From assembly GCA_043228905.1 (NCBI GenBank), contig JBHGNT010000005.1, positions 12,648,001 through 12,712,000 on the forward strand: a stretch of DNA of 64,000 nucleotides, read 5' to 3'. Shown one piece after another: positions 10,427 to 22,510 of this stretch. The notes below the pieces were generated by a model that worked only from the letters and a program-made list of their open reading frames with translations, did not search any database and had not been told where the DNA came from. The position numbers and the translations under genes are program-made. The DNA is from Azolla caroliniana. Taxonomy: Eukaryota; Plantae; Polypodiophyta. The number at the start of each line of letters is the position of its first letter. The first letter of the stretch is position 1.

Positions 10427-13400
10427 TTACACATCCGTAGGTCCCTCCGGACCCTGACCGTTTTCCTTACGGGTTGCCGTGTCTTCCTTCGTGTTTACTA
10501 CGGGTTCCCCGTCGTCTTTTTCTTCCGGATCGATCCGTACCGATCCCGGACAGGTTCCTGGTGAAGTGCCGGTGAGCTGCATAAACGGGTTCTTTGGCAT
10601 CGGTCCTTTATAGGGCTTTAGTCGGAATCCATTCACCCACTTGCCTAGTACTTCCCCGGCAAGTGTCCCTATCTGATAGGACCCGTTGTATTCCCGTGTC
10701 AGCCAATACGGGCCTGTCCATCTGAACCGGAGTTTACCCGGCATCTTGCCCATCCTCGTTTGGAATACTAGCACCGGCTTTCCGATTTCGAACATCTTTT
10801 CGTTACCTTTCCGGTGACGGTCAACGAACGCTTTCCGTCGTCGTTGCTCCAGTTCCATGTGGAGGATGCTGGCCAGCCGTTGCTCCTCCAGTTCGCATAG
10901 TGCTGCTAGCCGTATTTCCTCCGACTTCTTTTCATTCAGCCGTTCCCGTAGTTGGATCCGTAAGCTTGGTACCTGAAACTCGACCGGCATGACCGCTTCT
11001 AAGCCGAATGCTAACCGGAACGGCGTTGTCCGGATACTCGTTTTGTATGCCGTTCTGTACGCCCATAGCGCACTATGGAGCTTTGTGTCCCAGTCCGTCC
11101 GGTTTTCATTGACAATTTTGCGGAGAATGTTCTGCAGCGTTTTGTTGGTGGACTCTACTAACCCGTTCGCCTGTGGGTAATACGGTGTGCTTCTTTTATG
11201 GACCACGGCATAGAACGTTGTTAAACTTTCCACTACCTGGCCGAGGAAATGCCCTCCTTGGTCGCTGATCAGTTCAATCGGACATCCATATCGGCACCAA
11301 ATGTTCTCGTACAGGAATTTTGCTGTGGATGACGCGGTGTTGTCTCTCAGGGCCTTAGCTTCCACCCATTTCGTGCAATAATCCGTTGCCATGATGACAT
11401 AACGATTACCCGTTCTCATTGTCGGTGGCTTGAACGGTCCGACAAAATCCAATCCCCACTTCTGGAATGGCTCTAGTGGAAGTACCGGTTGGTGTGGCAT
11501 CCGTGCTTGCTCCGTAGGCTGGCCCATTCGTTGGCATAGGTCACATTCCTTAGCATACCTGACGGCATCTTTTAGCGTCGTGGGCCACCATAAGCCGCTC
11601 TGCCATACCTTTCTTGCCGTCGTTTCCCCAGCATAGTGTCCTCCGGCAACCCCACAGTGTGCTTCCCGTAAGATTACTTCTTTCTCGTCACTACGGACTG
11701 CCCGTCTCCATATTCCATCTGCTCCTTTGTGGTAGAGAGTGTCCCGTAACAGACAGAAATTGCGGCTCTGCACCGCCAGTCGTTTCCTCTCGTCCCGGTT
11801 CATTTCCTCCGGTGGCAAGCCCGTGCTTAGGAACTGGTGCATGTTTGTCAGCCATTTATCTTCTGATGCCACCGTGTCGTCCGCTGCCGTTTCCAGGGTG
11901 ATACGGAATAACTCCGCGTCCGGGAATTCATCCGCTACTCCGTCGCCTGGTTCTCCGGACTCTAATCGGCTCAGGTAGTCTGCTACGGCATGCTGGATAC
12001 CGGGCCGGTGGAAAATCTCGAATTCGAACTCCTGCAACAGCAAGGTCCAACGGGCCAACTTACCGGTCAGGGACGCCTTGGACACTAAGTACAGAAGCGC
12101 CGAGTGATCCACATGAAAGGAGAACTTCCTTCCCAATAGGTAGTGCCGAAACTTTGTGACACTGTAGATCATGCCGAGAGCCTCCCGTTCCGTCGTTGAA
12201 TAGTTCTTCTCCGCTTGGGACAGCTTCCGGCTGGCGTAATATACCGGCCGGTACCATTTGGGCTCCGTAAGCTGCATTAAGGCGCTGCCAATAGCGATGT
12301 CGGACGCGTCCACGAACACGTGAAATTCCTTGCTCCAATCCGGAGGCTGCACGACGGGTGCTTGCGATAAAAGTACCTTCAGGGCATTGTATGCCTTATC
12401 CTCCGTATCCGTCCATTGGAACGGTGTCCGATGTACCGCGGTGTGTAATGGTGTAGCCAAGTCGGCCAAGTGACGGAGCATCCGGCTGTGCCACCGGATC
12501 TGTCCTAAGAATCGGCTTAGTGCTTTGGCCGTTTTCGGCGCCGGTGCCCCTAGTATGGCGTTTACTTTGTCCGGGTCGACCGCAATGCCCTCCTTACTTA
12601 CAATGTGTCCCAGCAATATTCCACTTGAGACCCCGAAGATGCATTTTGCTGGATTTAAGCTTAGCCGGTATAACCTACACTTTTCAAGGCATAACCGTAG
12701 GTGCTGCAAATGGTCTTTTCCCCGGCTATAGACTGCAAAATCATCCAGGAAAACTTGCATGAAGGCAGGGATGTATTCTCCGAAGATCTCCATGATGATT
12801 CGCTGGAAAGTTGCTGGTGCCGTTTTTAGGCCGAACATCATGACTTCGGCCACAAACACCCCCCATTCGGTGACGAACGCTGTCTTCTCCTGGTCGTCCG
12901 GGTGCATCCGGATTTGATTGTACCCGCTGAACCCGTCTAGAAAGCTATAAACTTCATGACCGGCGACGGCATCCAGTACTCCATCCGTGAACGGAAGAGG
13001 GAATGCATCCGTAATTGTGGCGGCATTTAGTTTCCTGTAATCTACACACACACGGATTTTACCGTTCTTCTTGGGGACGACGACGATGGGGCTCAGCCAC
13101 GTCGCTTTCTTTACCGGCCGGATGAAGCCCACTCTTAGGAGTTTGTCGATTTCCTCTTTTACTTTGGCGGCGTAGTTGGGGTTCATTCGGTATCGTCGTT
13201 GCGCCACTGGTTTCGCGTCCTTGCCTAAGTGGATCTGATGCTGATATAATTGAGGGTCCAGCCCTCGCATGTCTTCGTATGACCAGGCGAATACGTCGCG
13301 AAACTCCGTGAGAAGTTTGATCATCGCCGCTTTATCTTCCGGCTTCATTTCTTTGGCGATGTGTACCGGCTTTGATTCGTCCTTGCTTCCTAGGTTCACT

Positions 13401-16231
13401 TCGTCGAGCTGGGATGCTTTTACCCGTTGGGAAACGGCCATTTCCCGTTCCAACGCTTCCTGTGCTTGCCGTAATTCCCGAATCGCATCTTTGTCTGGTT
13501 CGGCTTCGGTGTCGTCCTGCTGCGGCAAGTATGCGGCTACGGCTTCAGCTATGTCGATCTCGAAGAGTGGTACGATCTTCGGATGTTCCTGCAAGTACTG
13601 GGCTTCTTCGTCGTCTGCCAATCCTTCAAGCATGTTCACACATTCCGCGTACAGCGGTGTGCATTCCTTACCGTTGCTCGTCCGTGGTTGTGTCGGAACC
13701 CGGACCTTGGCTTTTCCGCGCCGGAAGGTGATCATATTTTTCCGCCAATTTTGCTTGATGTGTGCAGTTTTCAACCATGGTCTGCCCAGCAACAGTGGGT
13801 ACGCGCCTTGCGCCTGTAGCTGCAGCACTACAGCCGAGATGTGAAATGTGTGGCCTCCTATGGTGACTTCCAATTTCCGTATTAAGCCCGTCGGCCGTAC
13901 CTAGCTCGTATCCGCCATCCGTAGCCAGAACGGGCATGGCTCCCATTCATGTATACCCAAGGCATCACACGTACGGAGGCTTATTACGTTCACCCCGGAA
14001 CCTCCATCGATTACTGTGCCGGGAAGTTCGTGCCCTTTGACAATAGCTGTAATCACCGGACTGCTAGTGTCCACTACCGTCGGTCCCTCTTCCGGGTTCG
14101 AGAAGAGGACTGGTGCTGGTGGGGCTATGCCGTCTGTCATGCCCGTTTTTAGCCCTTCCGTAAATCGCGGCACGAGCTGCAAGAGTCTTCCTAACGGCAA
14201 CGTGATCTGACATTCTTGCAGTGCTTGCCATGTCTCGTTTTCTGGGTGGCCACCGCCGGCACTCCCTATGGTATTTGCCTTTTGCCGTTCCGCGTCCGCG
14301 ACGTTCTTTTCATTGGCTTCCTTCACCCATTCCGTCGCCTGCCTTTGTATGGCCTCTTGTGTTTCCCACTCTTTGGCCATGCCTTTCGACCGTGTGGTTA
14401 CTTGCTGTACATCCGTCACTTCCGGAACCACCATATTAACTGCTGGTCGTTTCTCGTAGCTCTTTACCGGGCACTGGTTACTGTAGTGGCCTTCCTGCCT
14501 GCAGTAGTAGCAGTACTCTTTACGGGTATTGCTGGATTCAGCATTGCTGGTAGCCGGATTTGGTCCCGTAGCGAGTGGTGCGTTCTGTGCCGGTTGGCTC
14601 CTTGGGATTCCATGTTCCGGGTCCCTAGGGTGACCACCTTTCTTGAAGTTTCGTTTCTTATTATTCTTATGTTTATTTCGGTAGTCCGGCCGTGGTGGAT
14701 CGTAACATCGGCCGTAGTCCTCCTGGTGCCTTCGGTAACCAGGGGAATGGTCTCTATCGTATTGCTCGTGTCGCCTGTTGGGCTCCCGATAACGGTCCGA
14801 TCGCTCATACCGGTCGTAGTTATCACGCCGATTCCCGTACCGGCCATCATTCTCTTGCCTGTCTCCGTACCGGACATCTTGTGCCGGTGGGTACCGGTTC
14901 CCTCTTTGCCAACGATCGTCATCTTCGTCTCGGCTGCTTCTTGGCTCGATCCGTCGGACGGGTGGTGCTTGTCGATTTAACAGGTTGTACTCGCACCGGT
15001 CCGTTGTATGACTCTTGGATTGACAAATCACACACTGAGTGCGCATGGTGCACTCTACTGCCGAGTGTCCGGCATTCAAGCAGATTGTGCATTGAATTGC
15101 CTGCCGGAACCGGAGATCTTCCTCGGTGGGTAACGCCCGTTGCAGTGTTCCCAGCGTAAGCCATGAGCTTGTCTTTTCCATTTCTCTGACCCGATCAATG
15201 ACCTGATCGATGGTGCATCCTCGAAAGTCGATCACCGTACACACCGTGCGTAACGGTTCCCGGAGTGCGTTTAAAAATATCGTCCGTAATTCCTCCTCCG
15301 GGGGTGCACGGGCAAGCTGGCTATGCATTCGTTGGAAACGGATGACGAATTGGGGAATGCTTTCCCCTGCCTCCTGCCGGATCGTATAAAACAGCCCCAC
15401 CATTGTCGTCTGGTCGACTTCCTTGTGGAAAAAATGCAAGAATTTTGCTTTTAATTCTGCAAATGTTGTGATGGTCGCCGGGTCCTGCGACCGCCGCCAT
15501 CGTGTCGCTGGTCCCTCCAACGTGACTCCGAATTCCGCTATCTTCGAGCGTTCTTCTTCCTCCGGTGTCATTCGCTGGGACGTGTGATTTGCTTCCCATG
15601 TCTGCTCGAAGTCATCCACATGTGCTTCCGCATCCGGATCATCGCGGTACTTTGAGTATTGGAACGGCATGTCGTCGTCCAGTATTAAGCCGCGGTTTAG
15701 TGGCGTTTGTTGATATTTTGCCGGTTCTTTCTCCGGTTCCACTTCCGGTTCTTTTGCCGGTCCTTCTTCCGGTTCTTTTTCCGGCCGGTTCGTTGGTGTT
15801 GGTGGCTTTGCTTGTTCCACTTCCGGTGTTGGTGGGTTGACGGCTTCCGGTTCTGGAGTCGGCACGTTATCCGACCCGTCGTCTTCCGGGCCACCGGGGG
15901 TATCGTTGCTGCTCCGGTAGTTCGTGTGCACGCTGTATCCCCCTTCGGAATCCGATTCGTAGGCTGAAAAGGCTTCTGCCTCGTTTTCTCCGCTTGCCAG
16001 CGCCTCCAGGAGTCGTTCGGTTTCCCGGAGACTACTTAGACTGCTTCCGTCGTCCTGGTCGCGAATTTGCCGTAACCGGAGAGATTCCTCCGCGACTCTC
16101 CGGATCTCGTTGGAGAACGAACGATCCGAGCGAATTTCCTGCGCTGCTTGCTGGAAAGTCTCACGCCGTCTTTGCCGTTCGGCGAGGCGTCGAGCTCGGT
16201 CTGTACCCAAGTCGTGCGTTGGTCTAGTCAT
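10427..16231 (-). CDS. Gag-pol polyprotein of element B (single frame; one in-frame TAG at 13901-13903 within the protease)
   Basis: Gag with three CCHC knuckles, IDGGSGVN protease, RT (LDGFSGYNQI, VFLDDF), RNase H (DASDIAIG), integrase (GHYAG...CDLCQ; YYPQANG). ORFs 13901-16231 and 10427-13873 are in the same frame. Confidence 0.95.
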
Positions 16232-16266
16232 CCATTACCGTCGTTCGCTGCGAGAAAGCAGGAATC

Positions 16267-16276
16267 GTGGTCGCCA
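16267..16276 (-). promoter_or_regulatory. Primer-binding site of element B (TGGCGACCAC; probably tRNA-Arg)
   Basis: 6 nt downstream of the 5' LTR; the same motif occurs in element C (47325-47334). Confidence 0.8.
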
Positions 16277-16282
16277 AAACTG

Positions 16283-16702
16283 TGTTATTCGCTTAGCCGG
16301 ACAAGGCCTAACACAAGGTGTCACGGAGACACTTCACCAAAGGGTGATTACGGCATAGGATTAAGATTCAACGATTACACCGACTTACGTAGTTTACACA
16401 ATTAGATTGCTTAGGTTAATTACACGCGTAAGATATAACAATGATTATAGAACGGAAATCAAGACAGAAGTATAAACATCATAATCTCTATTAATTATCC
16501 GCTGTCATTACAATAGGGTCCGGGCCTTTAAATAGGTTTCCGGCCCGTAGTACAAAACGGTGCCTCTCGCACCTATTCGGAATCCGTCCGGATCTGGAAC
16601 GGCATACCGTTTCCAGTCCGTCCGTTCACACTATGCTCATATACAACCATATCTAATTAATTCCTTCACTCCGTATTTTGGACTCCTTGCCGGCCGGTAA
16701 CA
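16283..16702 (-). repeat. 5' LTR of element B
   Basis: Direct repeat of 6899-7318, followed by TSD CTCCT. Confidence 0.97.
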
Positions 16703-19700
16703 CTCCTCTAGAGCTGCTCCCCCGGGCGGGCCTTTGACCACACTGGTCGAAGTCGAGCCAGTCTCGAGCCAGTCTCGAGTCTCCTCCCTTCGCGCCGGTG
16801 GGGGTACCTCGAGCTTCCTTGCTGCAACTGAGCCCGCCCCCGACGAGCCTTTATCGACCCACTCATGCCGTTTGTCGAAACGGCCGCAGACTCTCTTCAC
16901 CACGGCCCAATCGGGCGTTAGCCCGTAACGCCCGTCATCGGTCTCTAGTAGAAGGCCCACTTGCTCTCGGTCCCTCACGTCCACTGATTTAACAAATAAT
17001 AGGACACGACTTGTGTCCAGTACGATCCGGTCCAACGTAAAGTCCGGGTCCGATGATGACTAAATCAACAACATAAAGTAGGATGCAAACCGAACCATCC
17101 AGACCTTTCCGGATGAACAACGATGAGTCGGGATTTAGAAGTCACAAACCCCATCTTACGCAACCGGTGCATAATCTTCGCATTCCAAGCTTGGGGGGCT
17201 TGTTTCACACCGTAAAATGACTTCTTAAACCGGCACACCGCCGACTTATTCATCTCCGACTGAAAACCGGGAGGTTGGATCATATAGACCCGTTCTTCAA
17301 GGTCACCTTGAAGAAAGGCATTCTTCACGTCCATCTGGTGAAGATGCCATCCCCTTGCCACAGCAACCGCCAGTACCACACAAACTGTCATCATCTTCGC
17401 TACCGGAGCAAAGGTCTCGTCGTAATCGATTCCATGGGTCTGTGCGTACCCCTTCGCCACTAACTAGGCCTTGTATTGGTTAACCGAACCATCGGCATTG
17501 TACTTTACCTTGTACACCCATTTGCAACCGATCAGTTTATAGTGTCAGGGAGGGTCAACGAGGTCCCATGTGTCGTTGGCATCAAGTGCCCGCATTTCTT
17601 CTTCCAAAGTGGCACACCAATTTGCGCCCTTTGCTGCTTCTGCGTAGCTCTCCGGCTCACACACTTCCGCCACTTTGGTCATGTACGCATAGTGATGCGC
17701 CATGTACTCATTTTACCCGTACCGCGTAACGGGGTTCTTCTGGCGGGAAGACCAACATAACTTGTCATCACCCGGTTTGGGGTCCTTCTTGCCCGGTTCG
17801 AACTTCGTTCCCGAAGATCCTCCTTCATCCTTTCCGGAGTCGGATTTGCTCCGATCTGACTCAACGTTGCTGGTTTCGTATTCCGGCATCTTCTTCATCC
17901 CCTTCTCTTTGCGCGTGAACCGTCTCCTCGGTTCCTTGCACGGGGAGAGCACGATAGAGTCTCCACTACTCATCGGTTTTTCATCCGACTGGCCATCTCG
18001 ACACAGCCGCTCATTCGGTCCACTGAGCCAGAATGAGATCGGACTCTCTTCTAGAGTGCCGAAGTCTTCATCTTCTACCTGGACCTCCTCGGGCTCACTA
18101 GCCTCATCTTCCGGAATCGGTTCTTCGTCGGGAATTGGAGTCGGTAAGGAGTACCATGATGTCGTCTCATCAAACTCGACATCTTGGCTTACTCGGACCT
18201 GCTTAGTCTGGGGGTTATAGCACTTATACCCCTTCTGCTCATGCGAGTAGCCGACTAGGATGCATTTCTACGGCTTCAGATCTAGCTTCTTCCGCTTCTC
18301 ATCCGGTACATGCACATATGCTATGCTACCGAATATCCAAAGGTGTCTCAAATTCGGCTTCCGCCCGAAATACAACTCATGTGATGACACCTTGTCTCCG
18401 ATCCGGTTTTGGATGTAGACGGTCGTCCGGACTGCCTCGGCCTAGTAGAATTGGGGCATGCTCTTCTCCTCCAGCATTGCCCTTGCCGCGTCGACAATTG
18501 ACTAGTTCTTCCTTTCGGCCACACCATTTTGCTCCGGTGTGTATCTACAGCTGAATTCTCTCCGAATTCCGTTCTGTTGCAGATAACTGTTGAATTGGCT
18601 GGAAAAGTATTCCTCTCTATTTCCCATTCATCTAAGCTTTGAAGTTTTTGGAAACATTCAAACACTTCACTATTCTTCTCAATGAGGTAGATCCATGTGT
18701 GCCGGTTGTAGTTGTCGATTTAGGAGACGAAGTATCGACTCCCGCCAAGACTAACATTTTGTGTCTGTCCCCATACATCTGAATGGATTAGATCAATCTT
18801 GTTACGCCTCCGGTTTCGTTCAGTGGGGAATGGAAGCCGGTGTTGCTTCCTGAGTTGGCAGGCTTCACAAATTTCGGCCTTCCAGCCGCTAAATTTCGGC
18901 AAACCGAAGACAACTTGTTTCGATTGCAGGTCCTGAAGCCTTTGAAAGTTGACATGGCTGATCCACTTGTGCCACAAGTCGATGTCCAACTCGACCTTTT
19001 GCCCTTTGGCAAACATGGCGGTGCCAGTGTTATTGGTGTTGAGGATGAACATCCTCCCTTCTCTGCGCCCTTCCGCAATTATCCGGCCTTCTTCCTCGAT
19101 GAAGCACCCTACGTGCGTAAACTGCACCTGCATCCCCTGGTCGACGATTTGTCCAACCGACACCAGGTTCTTTGTGATACTCGGAATGTGTAGTACGTTC
19201 ATCAGCTTCCCCTTTTGTCTGACATGACTTAAAGGGACTTCTCCGACATGCACAATTGGGTGAGGGGTGTCGTCTCTGGTTTTGCCGGATGTTGTTCAGC
19301 TCTTGTTGGAGCTGCAACTTACGGGTTGTGGTAGTCGCGGCGAAAATCTTCCTCAGATTTCCCCAGGCCTCCTTCGGTGTTTTTGCATCCTTTATGTAGC
19401 CGAGCATCTAGTCATGCACATAGGACGTGAGTCAGTACAATACTAGGCTCGCTCCTTGCTCCCAAACCGGGAAGCCATTGTGTGCCGGCTCCGACACTAC
19501 CTTGTTCGTTCATTCCACAAAACTCCAATATCCATGCCCCAATAGGTACTGGTGCATTTTATATGACCAGGACGCGTAGTTGCTCTGGTCGAGCTTCTCT
19601 GTGGGAAGTGAACTCACCATACCTCTGTCCATATCTTTCTTTGTCTGTCCTTACCGAGTATTAGGGTTTGCCTAGAAAAGCGTCTGTTGGCTGCAGAGGT

Positions 19701-20480
19701 TCTCAACCCTCACGCTCTGATACCATGTGAATGTAAACATGTGGAAGCGTTAGAGAAAACCAGCTCAGCCGGATAGCAACAGAGAATAAGATGAAGGTTT
19801 AATGTTGAAGCTTAGTATACAAAGAGTATATGTGGGAGAGGCAGAGAGAGCAGAACGTAAGCGTAGATTAAAAGAATAACTCTAAAACTCTGTACATACA
19901 ACGTGCTAAACAACACTATTTATATAAGTCCATAAAGGAATGACAGAAGTACTAACAGGTACTTCCATATTCCTCTGTGCGACTGATACTAACTATGAGA
20001 CAATGATTACCTAGTGTTGAGAGACAAGCTCAACATCGGCCGGATCGGCTGAAGAAGCCGAGGACCGGATCGGTTGGGACCGATCAGTTAGGCCGAGTGC
20101 GTAAATCGGGAAGCCGTTAGGAAAGATATTCCGTGAGGAATATATTTGGGAGTTAGTGTAGGAGCTCTTAAAGAGCATTGAAGTACGGTCAGTACTTCGG
20201 TCAGTCCTTCGAGAACTTGTATAAAAGTGTTCATGGAACACACATATGTATAGAGTAGTGAATCAAGATCTTTTGTTGAATATAGTTCTTGTGTTTCTCT
20301 CTATCACTCTCTCTGTCTCTCCCGCGTATACTGCGTAAGCTGAAGCTCTCCATTAAACCTGAGTTTTCTTCCTTCTGTTCGGTCTTCATACTTGCTTCCG
20401 CACGTTACTTTTTACATGGTATCAGAGCGCGAGGGTTGAGAACCTCTCTGCAGCCGACACAGCTTGACGAAGAAGAACAA

Positions 20481-21243
20481 GAAGAAAACTCAGGTTTAAT
20501 GGAGAGCTTGAGCTTACGCAGTATACGCGGGAGAGACAAAGAGAGTGATAGAGAGAAACACAAGAACTATATTCAACAAAAGATCTCGATTCACTACTCT
20601 ATACATATGTGTGTTCCATGAACACTTTTATACAAGTCCTCGAAGAACTGACCGAAGTACTGACCGTACTTCAATGCTCTTTAAGAGCTCCTACACTAAC
20701 TCCCAAATATATTCCTCACGGAATATCTTTCCTAACGGCCTCCCGGTTTACGCACTTGGCCTAACCGATCGGTCCCAACCGATCCGGTCCTCGGCTTCTT
20801 CAGCCGATCCGGCCGATGTTGAGCTTGTCTCTCAACACTACCCCTCAAGCTCAACTTGAGGCTCTTCGGGATCCTCGGGCTCACAGCTCCGGTTCCTCCT
20901 GGCTTCATGCCTTGCTCGCGCTCCTCGACCTGTTCGACTCCGCGCCCTTCGACCCTTCCGGTCGGCTTGTCTGCTCATGTGGCCCTCATCAGCTCTTCTA
21001 TTGTTGCGGTGTTGACGCTTCTTTTGCTGCCTTTTCTTCCGCTTGGGCCTCGGTTGATTCAGCGTGTCTGAATCAAATATCTGAACCGTCTCGGCTACCT
21101 CCGATCGGTTTTCACTCTCGTCCGAGTTGGCTGTCTCCAACTCTTCTTCGGTCTTCTCGCCCTCGGTGGCGTCATCTTCCCCATGCGTGGTTGGCTTCGC
21201 CTCTCTCCTTCGGCTACTCCCCTTTTGTCCGCTTCCGGACTTT
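20481..21243 (-). repeat. Inverted copy of the element F LTR (20481-20837) plus PPT and 3'UTR
   Basis: Reverse complement of 22643-~23404; 20481-20837 also pairs with 20015-20371. Confidence 0.92.
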
Positions 21244-21584
21244 GTACACCCACCTACACCCGATCGGTTTTACCCCTGTTGGTGCGTCAACCAGGTTCCA
21301 GGTCTCGTTCTCAGCCAATGCGTGCATCTCTTCCTCCATCGCGGCACGCCAATTCGCGTCTTTAGCTGCTTTTGCGTAGCTCTCCGGCTCACGCACTTCC
21401 GCTACACGGGTCATGTACGCATAATGATGCGCCATGTACTCGTTGTATCCGAACCGCAAAACAAGGTTCTTCTGGCGGGTAGATCGGCGTAATCTCACAT
21501 TAGCCGATGTCGAGGCTTTCTCGTTCGACGCGGACTTCACCTTTAAAGACCCGTCACCAGTTCCTTCGGAGTCGGACTCGCGTT

Positions 21585-22510
21585 GAAATCGACCGCGTGA
21601 AGCTCCAACTTGCGGCATCGTTCGACATGAAGGATCTGGGGGACCTTCATTACTTCCTCGGGATCGAAGTGATCCATACCCCCCAAGGCATATTGATTAG
21701 CCAACGTCATTACGTGCTGAGTATGCTCTTCAAATTCGGGATGGCCGACTGTAAGTCCGTCTCGACTCCTCTGGACAGAACCATCAAGCTTCGTCCCGAT
21801 ACGGGAAAGGTATGCGACCCGACGAGGTTCCGACAAATTGTCGGAAGCCTCATATACTTGACCATCACCCGACCCGACCTCAGTTATCCGGTCGGAGTGA
21901 TCAGTCAGTTCATGGCGCGACCTACCGAGGAGCACCTTCAGTGTGCGCGACGCATACTTCGGTATGTCAACGGCACTAAGGACCGGGGACTGCTATATCG
22001 GACTGGTGCAGCCGTGCAGTTAGTCGACTACACCGATGCAGATTGGGCTGGCAACGCCACCGATCGCCGATCCACGTCTGGATACGCGTTCTCCCTCGGG
22101 AGTGTCGTGATCACGTGGAGCAGTAAGAAGCAGCCGACAGTTGCATTGTCGAGCACCGAAGCTGAGTACCGAGGAGCGGCTGTCGCGACATGCGAAGCCA
22201 TATGGTTGAAGCGGCTACTTAAGGACCTGAAAGAGGAGGTGTCAGATCCGACGACGATCTACTACGACAACCTCAACAGTGTCCAGCTTGCGAAAAACCC
22301 CGTTTTCCACGCCCGGACCAAGCACATTGAGGTGCATTACCATTTTGATCGTGAGCGTGTCCTTTCCGGTGAAGTCGAACTTCAGTACGTTCCGACGTAT
22401 CGGCAGACTGCCGACATCTTCACTAAGCCCCTTGGTCTGGACAAGTTGCGGCAATTCTCCGATGCGCTCGGATTGCGTCACCTCGACGTGCCAAACTTGA
22501 GGGGGAGAAC
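21585..22510 (+). pseudogene. Copia RT C-terminus and RNase H of element F
   Basis: ORF 21507-22790: FDMKDLG..YFLGIE, YTDADWAG, SSTEAEY, TKHIEVHYHF, ADIFTKPL; the RT N-terminal part is absent from this strand. Confidence 0.92.

Larger units (their letters stand above)
6899..16702 (-). mobile_element. Full-length, very recent Athila-like Ty3/gypsy element B with an extra ORF
   Basis: 420-bp LTRs (6899-7318, 16283-16702) with one visible mismatch; TSD CTCCT (6894-6898, 16703-16707); gag-PR-RT-RH-INT followed by ORF3; Athila-like RH-INT linker ADYLSRL...DEFPDAELF; no additional archaeal RNase H and no chromodomain seen. Confidence 0.97.
780..17045 (-). mobile_element. Degenerate Ty3/gypsy LTR retrotransposon A (5'-truncated; host to a solo LTR and element B)
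   Basis: Minus-strand order gag (16708-17040 and 6249-6898, CCHC knuckle near 6760-6800), protease (VDHGSEINLM), RT (DLYSGYDQ, PFLDD), RNase H, integrase (H..GH...C..C; YNPEANGKVE). Many stops and frameshifts. Joined to a copia RT at about 17045. Confidence 0.9.

Noticed and set aside
13901-13903. Programmed gag/pol stop-codon readthrough in element B
   Set aside because: The stop lies inside the protease domain and sibling C has a Ser codon there; a point mutation is simpler.
7755-15967. Many antisense and overlapping ORFs within B (and likewise C)
   Set aside because: These are shadows of GC-rich coding sequence, with no motifs and no evident conservation as ORFs.
20049-20100. CTGAAGA plus GC-rich stems in the copia F LTR as a possible hammerhead
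   Set aside because: Lacks a correctly placed GAAA and NUH site.
17046-21600. RT of E ends about where the plus-strand RT of F begins, hinting at one split element
   Set aside because: They lie on opposite strands with different LTR sequences, and F has its own TSD; treated as coincidence.
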